A program made the position numbers and the translations under genes. Positions 46,692-55,749 of a stretch of DNA of 64,000 nt are shown here, piece after piece. The DNA comes from a phage, in the NCBI GenBank assembly GCA_025812035.1, contig GCA_025812035.1_4719.1, one strand, 5' to 3'. Numbering within the stretch: the first letter of the stretch is position 1; each line of letters starts with the position of its first letter. The notes under the pieces were generated by a model. That model had not been told where the DNA came from and ran no database searches. It saw nothing but the letters and a program-made list of their open reading frames with translations.

Positions 46692-47300
46692 TTAACGAGG
46701 AATCAGATCGTTAAGCTCTTCTTCTTCGATAACAAAGAAGCTGTTCTGGTTGTCTAAATCTGATAACAGGACTTGCCCAACAGTGAAGCAAGTTCCACCC
46801 TTCTTAGGCATCCATACCGGCTCATTCGTTACCTTATCAGGATACCATTTGAAACGGTTGGTATCTAAGAAGAACGCAGCTTTGTTCTCCTTGTCGGTAG
46901 AACGATAGCTAACCAGCGCTGGCCACTCAATCCAGGTATTTGTACATGGTACATGTAAAGGATACCATGCGCGCCAGCGCTTACCAGGACGTTTCGGATC
47001 CTCCCAATATTCAGCGGTTAGCACGGCGTTCTTATATTGTTTCTGTACCAGCATCTCAAGAACAGATTCATTACCGATTGGTAAACGCACCAACTCTCTT
47101 TCGACGTGTGATGAATCTAAAGTCACTTCAGCCATATAAAGAGATTTAGGTAATCCAGCCTGTTTTGTGGGTGGTATTACGACACCGGTAACCAACGGTC
47201 TGCTCGGTTTACGTTTCTGTTCTTTCCGATGCGTGTAAAGGAATAACCCTACAGCTACGACAACAAGTATAATAAACAACACTATCTTAATCCAGCTCAT
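46692..47300 (-). CDS. Membrane-anchored protein, 202 aa
   Basis: N-terminal hydrophobic helix IKIVLFIILVVVAVGLFLY then basic stretch; hairpin plus T-run terminator downstream. Confidence 0.55.
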   Translation of the reverse strand: MSWIKIVLFIILVVVAVGLFLYTHRKEQKRKPSRPLVTGVVIPPTKQAGLPKSLYMAEVTLDSSHVERELVRLPIGNESVLEMLVQKQYKNAVLTAEYWEDPKRPGKRWRAWYPLHVPCTNTWIEWPALVSYRSTDKENKAAFFLDTNRFKWYPDKVTNEPVWMPKKGGTCFTVGQVLLSDLDNQNSFFVIEEEELNDLIPR

Positions 47301-48046
47301 TCGTCAATATCTCCTTCTACAAACAGAGTCAATTTGATTTCAGGGTCATAGAACATGGTAATCACACCATCTTGCTCTACTGAACGTTGCGCTGTCCATA
47401 TTAACTGTTCATCCCGAATATCAAATTTATGCCGTTCGTCGCTGACCACAGCTTCCGCATCAACGTAATGGTAAACATCACCAAGAGGATTCTCAATCCA
47501 GCCACGCACCATCAAACGTTCTTTTTGTTTACGTGTGAAGAAGCGATACGGATCTTCGCACGTGCACCATACGTCTCCGCTCTCATTAACCAGCTCATCG
47601 TAAACTTTAGAAAGTTCGTCAGGCACAGGAATCAAAATGTTATCCTGATAGCTCGACCAGAAACGACGTACATCTTGGATTAAATCGTCGCCTTGCAGTT
47701 TAGTTACCGTGTTGCTATGGTCGATCTGAGCAGTATCTATATCAAGACGGGTAAACGGAAGAGCGTCTAGGTTTGCCGCCACGATCTCGATGTCGTCATG
47801 GTGAACATGAACCCACCCGTCAAACCATCGGTACCCGTCAGCTTGATATAACGTTGTATGATATCTGACAACATTGATGTCTTCGAACGAGTCCAATAAA
47901 GCTTTAGCTGCTAGAAGCGGCGAAAAGTTCTTTGATTGTCCTGGCTTACGTATTTCTTCTTTGATGAACAATTTACCAAGAATCGGATGTTCGATAACAA
48001 AACCACAGGAAAGCATGATGCTTCCTTGATAACGTGCTTCTTGCAT
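47297..48046 (-). CDS. Hypothetical protein, 249 aa
   Basis: ORF with ATGA overlap to the downstream gene. Confidence 0.55.
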   Translation of the reverse strand: MQEARYQGSIMLSCGFVIEHPILGKLFIKEEIRKPGQSKNFSPLLAAKALLDSFEDINVVRYHTTLYQADGYRWFDGWVHVHHDDIEIVAANLDALPFTRLDIDTAQIDHSNTVTKLQGDDLIQDVRRFWSSYQDNILIPVPDELSKVYDELVNESGDVWCTCEDPYRFFTRKQKERLMVRGWIENPLGDVYHYVDAEAVVSDERHKFDIRDEQLIWTAQRSVEQDGVITMFYDPEIKLTLFVEGDIDE

Positions 48047-48165
48047 TTTCTATTCCTCAAACAAAAGATTGTCTTTTAACGCGACATGATTACAAGTACA
48101 CAAGTTACTGAATTTCTGTAAAAGTTAATTTTCGTAAAATAAAAGAAAACGTGTCCGTGTTTCCT

Positions 48166-48202
48166 GGTTCTTCCCCTCCACAGCTTCAGGAAGAGAAGAA
48201 CC
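48166..48202 (-). terminator. Intergenic hairpin
   Basis: GGTTCTTC ... GAAGAACC stem, 3' of the gene ending 48223. Confidence 0.45.
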
Positions 48203-48222
48203 GTTTGCTAAGTTGTTATGTA

Positions 48223-48471
48223 TTAAAACGCATTGATTGGGTTGCTCAACGCTTTATCACGGATTTGAATCGCTGCCAGCATTGCTTTCTGGTACGAATC
48301 GTAAGCATCAACAGAAACCGTCAAATCAACCAATTTCTCTAATACGGATTCAGCCGCTTTTACGCGGACGCGGAACTTGGTGATTGCGTTATCTTTGTTA
48401 CGATAAACCGTGATATGGTGCAGCGGTTGAACTTTGGTTTTAACAGATTTAGTTGCTTTGATCGTTTTCAT
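48223..48471 (-). CDS. Hypothetical small basic protein, 82 aa
   Basis: ORF between two hairpins; Lys-rich. Confidence 0.45.
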   Translation of the reverse strand: MKTIKATKSVKTKVQPLHHITVYRNKDNAITKFRVRVKAAESVLEKLVDLTVSVDAYDSYQKAMLAAIQIRDKALSNPINAF

Positions 48472-48525
48472 GATGATTTCCTTCTTTATTAGGATGATTA
48501 CATTTAGTCAGTTTAACAGCATAAA

Positions 48526-48550
48526 CCCTTCCCGCGTAAGGCAGGAAGGG
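48526..48550 (-). terminator. C-rich/G-rich hairpin containing GTAAGG
   Basis: CCCTTCC-CGCGTAAGGCA-GGAAGGG, 3' of the endolysin gene ending 48565. Confidence 0.5.
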
Positions 48551-48564
48551 TATACGGATTTGTT

Positions 48565-49062
48565 TTACGCGTGTCGTCGTTTACCAAAGAAAATATGATT
48601 GTCTACCACGGTGATATTGGTAGCGTGTTTTTTGAAGTGTTTAGGGCGAAGATGTTTCGCGTTAAAGAATACGGCTCCTCGTGTTGGATCGGCTTTACGG
48701 TAAGCAACAATGTCGTTATTGCGCAATGTTGCGACCTCTCGTGCTATTGCTCTTGCTCGCTCAAAAGCAGCATGATCACGTATGACGATTCGTTGTTGTC
48801 TTGCCCAGGGGAATTGACCTCTTTGCAGTACGACGTCTCTGACGTTCGTAGGGAATCGGTAGTCCATAGATCGATTATGTATTAAAAACGCCACGGAGTA
48901 TTGCCCTCTTACAGATTCGCCCCTGGCTTCCATATACACAGCACATGCGACGATCTCTTTCCGGCAATCGATTCTAGGTCCTGCGTTCACCGATGCTTGA
49001 CTGAACGGTGCGATAAGCAACATAACAAGCCCTAAAACCAACGTGTGTAAAATACCTTTCAT
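48565..49062 (-). CDS. Secreted cell-wall hydrolase (SleB family), candidate endolysin, 165 aa
   Basis: Signal peptide MKGILHTLVLGLVMLLIAPFSQA; ACAVYMEARGESVRGQYSVAFLIHNR and VLQRGQFPW match the SleB/CwlJ hydrolase signature. Confidence 0.75.
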   Translation of the reverse strand: MKGILHTLVLGLVMLLIAPFSQASVNAGPRIDCRKEIVACAVYMEARGESVRGQYSVAFLIHNRSMDYRFPTNVRDVVLQRGQFPWARQQRIVIRDHAAFERARAIAREVATLRNNDIVAYRKADPTRGAVFFNAKHLRPKHFKKHATNITVVDNHIFFGKRRHA

Positions 49063-49315
49063 CTTAATAACCTCACGATAAGGTGCTGTCCACTGGCGTC
49101 ATGATAACGCATCCCGTCTATCGGGTTGTTCTATTCAGCGGGCAGCAGGTTAGCGTCAGATGTTTGCCCGACATCCACGACAGAAATAAATGGTACTGAA
49201 AATGCGGTCTCCTCTGGTTTGGCAATAAACATAACGTTGGATAACAGAACCCATTTTCCGCATCCAACGCGGTAAAGGCGTACATCGTTTGAATTCATAT
49301 AGTTTCTCAAAGATG

Positions 49316-49627
49316 TTAACCTCTACCGTCAAGCCATAAGTTGTACTTATCCCGAACGTATGGCTCACGATAAATACGTCGATAGACTTGATGTGGTATA
49401 AACTTGCAATGTACGAGTTCGTCGCTTAATTTCTGACGTCGTTCCATACCGTTGTGTATACGGCGTATCTCCCGGATATTAAAGGTTGTTTTATTCAAGA
49501 GAATAGACATAATGGCAGATCGATGATCTAGATCAAAGATTGACATCAGGCTTCGTATCTCACGTAAAACAACTTCTCTATCGACAAGGATGCGGTTATT
49601 GAACTTAAGATTCTCGGCGATACCCAT
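49316..49627 (-). CDS. Hypothetical protein, ~100 aa (start uncertain)
   Basis: ORF track 49316..49684 overlaps the upstream gene; internal Met chosen; weak support. Confidence 0.3.
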   Translation of the reverse strand: MGIAENLKFNNRILVDREVVLREIRSLMSIFDLDHRSAIMSILLNKTTFNIREIRRIHNGMERRQKLSDELVHCKFIPHQVYRRIYREPYVRDKYNLWLDGRG

Positions 49628-49976
49628 AACCTTCACCTTCGACACGTCGACATGCCGGTAAAAATAAACACCAGCTTGTTGCACTGAGGATCGTCATTGC
49701 GATGATATCTGCGACATCACTTAGTCGAGCACCAGCTTGCCACATGACGAGTATAAAAAGAACGTATGCGAATCCATACCAGACAAACCGTTTGATGTTA
49801 CGTGTCGACCAAGTACAAATATACAAAAGGGGAAGTTGTCCTATAACACTAACGATGTTTCGGATAACATAATAGGCGCGTTCCGTCGTTGCCTCGAAAT
49901 CGATGTTCGTTGCAGAAATCCCAATCAATATAAAAGTGATAAAGCAATAGATTTTTGCGTACGTTTTTAAACTCAT
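49605..49976 (-). CDS. Small multi-pass membrane protein, 123 aa (holin/antiholin candidate)
   Basis: Three or four hydrophobic helices; near the endolysin gene. Confidence 0.5.
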   Translation of the reverse strand: MSLKTYAKIYCFITFILIGISATNIDFEATTERAYYVIRNIVSVIGQLPLLYICTWSTRNIKRFVWYGFAYVLFILVMWQAGARLSDVADIIAMTILSATSWCLFLPACRRVEGEGYGYRRES

Positions 49977-49991
49977 AACTTTTCCCGTTCG

Positions 49992-50225
49992 TTATTTGCG
50001 TTTCCCTATACTCCTCAACAATGTGACGATAACGAATACCGCTGTCATCAAGAAGAGGAACCATAACCCTACGTTAATTCGGGCGGCGGGTTCATCTACC
50101 ATGAAGAACATCGTTCCACAAAACCCAATAACCATCCAGGTTAAGACCATCCCTGTTAATCCCCGTAGTAGCATATGCCCCATCATGAACTCCTTCTTAC
50201 TTTTTCTGATAAAGCGACGATTCAA
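49992..50225 (-). CDS. Small two-helix membrane protein, 77 aa (holin-like)
   Basis: Two hydrophobic helices (LTGMVLTWMVIGFCGTMFF, GLWFLFLMTAVFVIVTLL) and charged C-terminus RSIGKRK. Confidence 0.5.
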   Translation of the reverse strand: MNRRFIRKSKKEFMMGHMLLRGLTGMVLTWMVIGFCGTMFFMVDEPAARINVGLWFLFLMTAVFVIVTLLRSIGKRK

Positions 50226-50359
50226 GTTTTAGAAACATCGCTAACGCGAATGCGATTATTATCGCACGTATCCACATACCTCCTTGACAACTGTTGTACA
50301 ACATAAAGACCAGAGCGATGCCGCCCATATGCAGGCGGCACTTATCGAACAGTGTGGGT

Positions 50360-50587
50360 TTATACATAGGAAATTAATCGTTGAATGATTTTTACTTTGC
50401 CTTTACCTGGGCCTTTCTTGCGACGATTCAACAGACGGATACGGTTTCCAATTACGGAATCGCCATCATAATCAGCACGTAACTGTGGTGGGAGAGCAAG
50501 ATGTTCGCGATTGACACCCGGGTTGTTATAAAAACGATTGAAACTTAAAAGATGGTTAGTTGGAATCATTGTATTGTCCTTATTCAA
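50360..50587 (-). CDS. Hypothetical basic protein, 75 aa
   Basis: ORF; Arg/Lys-rich; no hydrophobic helix. Confidence 0.4.
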   Translation of the reverse strand: MNKDNTMIPTNHLLSFNRFYNNPGVNREHLALPPQLRADYDGDSVIGNRIRLLNRRKKGPGKGKVKIIQRLISYV

Positions 50588-50944
50588 TTATTTACCCAGA
50601 TAGAGATATTCAGCGCCCTGAACAACGCCGGTTGTTGGATCAACCAGTACGCGAACCCGTGCGTAGGTCTTGAAAGAGGGATTGAAAACTTCGAAGTCAG
50701 CCACTTTCAATTTCACGCTAGGGTTGATAGGGTTCTTAACACCCGGAAGTTCTTTCGGTAACCCGAAATCGACTCCATCTTCTTCAAGGTCTGCTGGCGT
50801 CATGTTCTCCATGGCCATGTAGACCGCTTTTGCTTTATCGTAAACTTCTGGGCTATCCAGCAACCCAGCCTGTGCTGAACCGACAACACCACCGAACAGA
50901 ATAGCAACAGCAACAAACAATTTCGCTAACGTTTTCATGATCAT
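50588..50944 (-). CDS. Secreted protein, 118 aa
   Basis: Signal peptide MKTLAKLFVAVAILFGGVVGSAQA. Confidence 0.55.
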   Translation of the reverse strand: MIMKTLAKLFVAVAILFGGVVGSAQAGLLDSPEVYDKAKAVYMAMENMTPADLEEDGVDFGLPKELPGVKNPINPSVKLKVADFEVFNPSFKTYARVRVLVDPTTGVVQGAEYLYLGK

Positions 50945-50973
50945 CTCCTTAAGAGTAAATGGTACAATACTTA

Positions 50974-51396
50974 TTAACGTACGGCAGCAACGCTACCAGC
51001 ACATGCCTGAATATCATCTGTATTTACGATGATGGTTTCGTTAAACGCACGAATACGTGCACGACGTGCTTCTTTAAGGCTAGCAATTGCGTTAGCAGCT
51101 TGATCTGTATTCGCAAGGCTAATAACCGGGATCAAACGCATATCGGGACTGCAGATATTCAATGCTTGGTACACACGTCCGTTAATTCCTACGGTATCAG
51201 ACATCGGATAGTGCGCACGACATTGAAATTGACCCATGACAACAAGCGAACGATCTGAGATACCAATCTGATAACGACCATCTTCACTGTAGGCGTAGCA
51301 GTTTTGACCACGAGCCATCCAGTTAGCTTGTGCTTGTGTGCTAACAAAAGCCAGGGTGGTGACGATAGCAAATACGATATTTTTGAACAGTTTCAT
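50974..51396 (-). CDS. Secreted protein, 140 aa
   Basis: Signal peptide MKLFKNIVFAIVTTLAFVSTQAQA; four Cys. Confidence 0.55.
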   Translation of the reverse strand: MKLFKNIVFAIVTTLAFVSTQAQANWMARGQNCYAYSEDGRYQIGISDRSLVVMGQFQCRAHYPMSDTVGINGRVYQALNICSPDMRLIPVISLANTDQAANAIASLKEARRARIRAFNETIIVNTDDIQACAGSVAAVR

Positions 51397-51420
51397 GATA
51401 GAGATCCTTATTGAAATAAA

Positions 51421-51447
51421 ATCGGTATAAAGCCCCCCATTAGGGGG
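51421..51447 (-). terminator. Short G/C hairpin with flanking T-rich run
   Basis: CCCCCC-ATTA-GGGGG with T-rich minus-strand sequence after it; 3' of the gene ending 51454. Confidence 0.45.
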
Positions 51448-51453
51448 ACCTGA

Positions 51454-51771
51454 TTAGTTTGCACGTAAGAAATGACCCAGAACCGTTACGATTGGGAACA
51501 GTCCTGTGACGGTATTATCACCCGAAAACATCATGTTTGAGCCGTTAACGGTGATGAAGCGGATGTCGGTTGCGGACCCATCAATAGCGACAAAACGCAT
51601 TGAGTTCGGTGGAAGATCCTCAACAACATCCTCGAGGTATTCGCGATTTTCAAAGGCTTCTTTAACACGACGCATGAAACGAATCAAGGTTCCTTCCGCG
51701 TCGGCTTCCAAATGACCTAAGATATCGCGATTGTTGCGAATAGCGAATACAGCCATTTTAAACATACACAT
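51454..51771 (-). CDS. Hypothetical protein, 105 aa, preceded by second copy of the conserved leader
   Basis: ATG with AAGAGGA SD inside the repeated leader (51772-51862). Confidence 0.5.
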   Translation of the reverse strand: MCMFKMAVFAIRNNRDILGHLEADAEGTLIRFMRRVKEAFENREYLEDVVEDLPPNSMRFVAIDGSATDIRFITVNGSNMMFSGDNTVTGLFPIVTVLGHFLRAN

Positions 51772-51862
51772 CTTGACATCCTCTTATATTGGATTGATTG
51801 CTAATAATTCAAGGTGAAGCTAATTACTGCATTGCTTCACCTAGGTAATATAGCCGTGAAAA
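51772..51862 (-). promoter_or_regulatory. Conserved ~95-bp leader/promoter element, copy 2
   Basis: Same TTTCACGGCTATATTA box and identical 27-nt SD-proximal block; the hairpin between them differs in sequence (GGTGAAGC...GCTTCACC) but keeps its position. Confidence 0.55.
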
Positions 51863-51879
51863 TTAATGCATTAATCCAT

Positions 51880-52833
51880 TCACGCCTTTGCTATATAGGG
51901 TTGGATCTCATTGATACGTTTAACCACAACCTCAGGGAAAAGTTTGAGTATTTCATCGGGTGGTATTGCACCTTCTGTCCAACGATAGCGTTCAACCTTC
52001 TCGATGCGTGGACTCCCTCCGACGTCAGCGATACGAAAGATACAGGCAATGCCTAAATCAAAACACACGCTGTAAATATCTTCCGTGCCTCCTTTATCAG
52101 CAAGTATTTTCGCAAAATGTTCGTTATCAGGAAGAATGGCTAAATTACGTATACGCCAAACATTATTACCCATTTCTTCAAGGATTGGGTATGTTAAAGT
52201 GTGTCCGTGTCGTGTTAACCATCGATGATTTTCGAGGTAGAAGTCCTTATCCCCTGGCCGGTAACCCAATATCACTCTGGTGTAGAAGAGATTGGGCATG
52301 TCGAGCAGTTCTTGAATCGTTGGACCGGTATACTCCCAGAGACAGATTTGTTTGCGGTCTATATCGTAATCTGTGACGTTACTCACCTCCCAACTTATCG
52401 TAAGTTCGTCAACAACATGCCAACCGAAAGTGTGTTCGCAGCCAAGCAGATTAACAATCGCTGATATCTCATGCTTGTCAAATACCCCCAAATTACATGG
52501 TGGCTGCATCGTACGTAATGGTTCCCACAACACACTGTAATCATAAAGCAAATGGCGACATAAACTTTTTGTTAAGGGTGTATGTTCAGTAAACAGTGGA
52601 AGAATCACCGTATCTAACAGTGGACGTAATGGATGGTTGTCAGGCGGTAGAGGAGAAACCAGACGACCTCCTTCTTTAGGGTAATCAAGACCAAACCCGT
52701 AACGCTCCGAAATGAGTGCGATCAGCACTTTTGCTACGCGATTACGTAGCATGCGATGGATATCATCACTGTAACTGAATTTCGGTTTATTTCCGCAAAC
52801 GAAGGTGAAGTATCTAGGTGATAACTTAACCAT
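51880..52833 (-). CDS. Hypothetical protein, ~317 aa
   Basis: ORF track 51880..52905; start moved to MVKLSPRY after AAGGAAAA. Confidence 0.55.
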   Translation of the reverse strand: MVKLSPRYFTFVCGNKPKFSYSDDIHRMLRNRVAKVLIALISERYGFGLDYPKEGGRLVSPLPPDNHPLRPLLDTVILPLFTEHTPLTKSLCRHLLYDYSVLWEPLRTMQPPCNLGVFDKHEISAIVNLLGCEHTFGWHVVDELTISWEVSNVTDYDIDRKQICLWEYTGPTIQELLDMPNLFYTRVILGYRPGDKDFYLENHRWLTRHGHTLTYPILEEMGNNVWRIRNLAILPDNEHFAKILADKGGTEDIYSVCFDLGIACIFRIADVGGSPRIEKVERYRWTEGAIPPDEILKLFPEVVVKRINEIQPYIAKA

Positions 52834-52843
52834 AATCTTTTCC

Positions 52844-53290
52844 TTAATCCAAATAGTACGTGATGGATAGGTCTTTTCCATTGAATACAATATCCGTACA
52901 GTCATGGATCGTCGGTAATACCATTTTGGCGGCTACCGGAACATACGCCTGCAACTCCATGAAGTTATCCATACGGAATGCACGACGCACCATCAACGGT
53001 GTTAGTGTAAATGTTACGCTGACGTTACCGCTTGGAGTCAAGTGCATTATCGCATGCCCATGATCGCACCAACAATGGTTTTCGATCCATCCAGTGTAAA
53101 TCAGAATATTTTTATCCTCGTCGTAATAAGCAATGCCAGTCTGCTTTAAACGGCTGGTAAATCGAGAGGCTTGCTCATAGCCTGCACGCAACATTCGAGC
53201 AACCAGGCGAGTGTTGTTAGCGATTCGATTCTGTTCGTTGGTTTTTGTGGTTTTGAAAAGTTCGATACGTTCTGCTTTTGTAATTTGCAT
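52844..53290 (-). CDS. Hypothetical protein, 148 aa
   Basis: ORF; Cys/His-containing HCWCDHGH segment. Confidence 0.5.
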   Translation of the reverse strand: MQITKAERIELFKTTKTNEQNRIANNTRLVARMLRAGYEQASRFTSRLKQTGIAYYDEDKNILIYTGWIENHCWCDHGHAIMHLTPSGNVSVTFTLTPLMVRRAFRMDNFMELQAYVPVAAKMVLPTIHDCTDIVFNGKDLSITYYLD

Positions 53291-53295
53291 GATTA

Positions 53296-53709
53296 CTAAC
53301 CTAATGAATTGCGTTTAAATAATTGGATGTATGGGGTACCAAATAAAGGACTGTATGAATGTATTCGGTTCTCCTCTGATTCGTAATACTCGATAGGCCA
53401 CGATATTGGTTTAGGTAAGCGATCTAACGCTTGCAACACGGCGAGTTTAACGCTATTACTTTCGATCGGATACGGAAGTACCGTTGACGAACAGAACACA
53501 TGTGTTCGATGCAAATAAATGAGATGCTGCTGTAGCTTAGACAAACGCCTACGCTTGATTAAGAAACCAGTTACGTGGCAATCGGAGTGATCGTAGTGAT
53601 AACGTGCGCTATCGAAATAAACCTGTTCTCCTCTAACAATGAGATACTTTATCGCTTGCATGAAAGAGTAACGGCGTAATTCTCCATTAGCCAACATGAC
53701 ACGAATCAT
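53296..53709 (-). CDS. Hypothetical protein, 137 aa
   Basis: ORF; 1-nt stop/start overlap with the upstream gene. Confidence 0.5.
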   Translation of the reverse strand: MIRVMLANGELRRYSFMQAIKYLIVRGEQVYFDSARYHYDHSDCHVTGFLIKRRRLSKLQQHLIYLHRTHVFCSSTVLPYPIESNSVKLAVLQALDRLPKPISWPIEYYESEENRIHSYSPLFGTPYIQLFKRNSLG

Positions 53710-54308
53710 TACTTAGGCTCCAGAATCGGTCCGAACAACCAGAAAGTCAGACGCTGGTAGATCTGTTCGATGACTGCGGATTCTGTTTGCTCTTCTAGTG
53801 ATTTCCCTTTTTTATGCTGTATTTCTGGCGGGATGTCGCCAGTGTAAACATACCCTGTTGAGAAGTCCCATGCTAGCCGTTTACCGAAAGTGGGTAAGAA
53901 CACCTCTTCGAATCGGAACGCTTTCGAATTCCAATGAAGCAGCTGATCGGATTCAACATGTAAAGCTTTGTTACGTTTGCTTGGCATGTTTCCGAAGTAC
54001 TGAACGATAGCTGATTTCATAACCCGGTCTGCGAAGTCTTTGGCTTCGGCCTCATCGAGGGGAGGCAGGCGATGCGATAGATTCAGCTTGCGTTGTTCAA
54101 CATCAATCTTACGCATCGCTTTAATCAAATCACTAGGAACGATTTTACCCTTATGTCCTTCCTGTCGGTGTATGAAACACCCCTGGAATAACACGCAAAG
54201 TTCTTGAGGTGCGGTACTTTCCATTCGTCCGTAAGCAACGATCACCGAACGGCGACGGTCGATAACTTCGCGGATAAACCGCGGCTCAGTAATACTCACC
54301 ACTGTCAT
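53709..54308 (-). CDS. Hypothetical protein, 199 aa
   Basis: ORF; no recognisable motif. Confidence 0.5.
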   Translation of the reverse strand: MTVVSITEPRFIREVIDRRRSVIVAYGRMESTAPQELCVLFQGCFIHRQEGHKGKIVPSDLIKAMRKIDVEQRKLNLSHRLPPLDEAEAKDFADRVMKSAIVQYFGNMPSKRNKALHVESDQLLHWNSKAFRFEEVFLPTFGKRLAWDFSTGYVYTGDIPPEIQHKKGKSLEEQTESAVIEQIYQRLTFWLFGPILEPK

Positions 54309-54352
54309 TTAAAGCCCTCTTTATCTTTTTCCATTTCTCTTTACATAACCAC

Positions 54353-55039
54353 TTAAGACGTTGCCATCTTATCTTCCAGAGACTTCTTCGGTAAACCATG
54401 GATAACTCCTTTCGGGGTTAAGAACACACAGTCTGGATTCTGCGTTCGCGAACGGTCGTCTGGAGTGTTCAACGAGAACAACAACGCAGAAATACCTTTT
54501 GTCCGGTTTAACGTCGCTACGATCACGTCAAGCTGTCGTAGTGCATCCGATACCGTTCGATGAGGAACGATTCGTGACTGTTTGAAGCTGGCTAACCGCC
54601 AAGTCTCGAACAAACAACGTAGTTTAAACACGTCGGACGGAACAGCAGTAGATCCCTGTTCGATAACCTCAACCCGATCAGCTTCAGGGTAACCTACAGC
54701 AACCGCACTAAAGTGTCTTACCCCGTTATGAAAATCATCGATAGATGCTTCAGCGTATTTACATACCGTGCCAGAAACGACCATCACTTTTGCTAAACCG
54801 CGATAGTTGATCGTCAGCGGAATACGAAATACACGTAAAGCATGTTCCGGATTTAATGAGACGTCGTTAACCTTTGTTGCGGTCAGCTTACCACGCTCGT
54901 AACGTGCGGTGAACGGCAGACCGTCATAAACGGGATTGATCACAACGCCCCCTGGGGAGGCGTTAGCATTGAGATGGGTGTTAAGCCAATCGGATACTTC
55001 CTGTCTACTAGTTACGATTAACATAAAACGATCCTCCAT
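54353..55039 (-). CDS. Hypothetical protein with weak resemblance to the NAD-ligase adenylation domain but lacking the KxDG lysine, ~228 aa
   Basis: ORF track 54353..55078; start moved to MEDRF after AAAGGAAAAG. NPVYDGLPFTARYERGKL...ALRVFRIPLTI parallels [18 protein letters not shown]...[12 protein letters not shown] in the ligase of this window, with V in place of the catalytic K. Confidence 0.3.
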   Translation of the reverse strand: MEDRFMLIVTSRQEVSDWLNTHLNANASPGGVVINPVYDGLPFTARYERGKLTATKVNDVSLNPEHALRVFRIPLTINYRGLAKVMVVSGTVCKYAEASIDDFHNGVRHFSAVAVGYPEADRVEVIEQGSTAVPSDVFKLRCLFETWRLASFKQSRIVPHRTVSDALRQLDVIVATLNRTKGISALLFSLNTPDDRSRTQNPDCVFLTPKGVIHGLPKKSLEDKMATS

Positions 55040-55049
55040 TTCTTTTCCT

Positions 55050-55700
55050 TTATTCATGACGAGTATCTTCCAAATCATCCCTTTGTTTTGTAAATTCTGA
55101 TTGCTTGCGATAAACCGTCCATGAGTCGTATATGCCGTGAAAGTTCAGATGACGTGCGTTTAAGTTAACGGTGAATTCCTCCACGTTAACGAAATCTGAA
55201 CGAAGCATCAGATGAAAGTTATCGTCCCCGGTGCAGCCGCCGTATCCTTCGCCCTGATAGACCAAAAGCTGATGTGGTTGAATACGCGAGGCAACCAACG
55301 CAGCTTGTGGTTCGCAGTAAGGCGGCCACGACAGTAAAATAACATCGTACTGTGAAAGATCGATGTTCGTGTAGTCGACCTGCTGAATGTCCTCGATAAA
55401 CGGGTGGGGATGTAATTCCGTATCGTAAGCGGTAATGTCCTCAACACCAAGTTTACGCAGGACGTAAGTCAGGTAACCTGTCCCACAACCCAGGTCAGCG
55501 ACACGTCTACCGTAACAGATGTTCGCCAACTGGAGTGCTGTATCCATAGTTAACAACGACCATCCAACGTGCTGGGTATATTCTTCACGTACATCCCACT
55601 GTTGGCGGTACGTCATGGGTTCTATGATATCCGCAAGCCGTGGATACGGCAACGGCATTTTGGTTTCGCCTTGCGTGAGTAATGCAATAACGTCGTTCAT
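55050..55700 (-). CDS. Small SAM-dependent methyltransferase, (D/N/S)PPY class, 216 aa
   Basis: Motif I VADLGCGTGYLTYVL, acidic AYD, motif IV LLSWPPY ~65 aa later; too short to carry a typical DNA-MTase target-recognition domain. Confidence 0.6.
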   Translation of the reverse strand: MNDVIALLTQGETKMPLPYPRLADIIEPMTYRQQWDVREEYTQHVGWSLLTMDTALQLANICYGRRVADLGCGTGYLTYVLRKLGVEDITAYDTELHPHPFIEDIQQVDYTNIDLSQYDVILLSWPPYCEPQAALVASRIQPHQLLVYQGEGYGGCTGDDNFHLMLRSDFVNVEEFTVNLNARHLNFHGIYDSWTVYRKQSEFTKQRDDLEDTRHE

Positions 55701-55725
55701 TTTATTTCCTTTTTATCGGCATAAG

Positions 55726-55744
55726 CCCTCCCATAACGGGAGGG
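55726..55744 (-). terminator. C-rich/G-rich hairpin
   Basis: CCCTCCC-ATAAC-GGGAGGG between genes ending 55750 and starting 55700. Confidence 0.5.
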
Positions 55745-55749
55745 TACGA

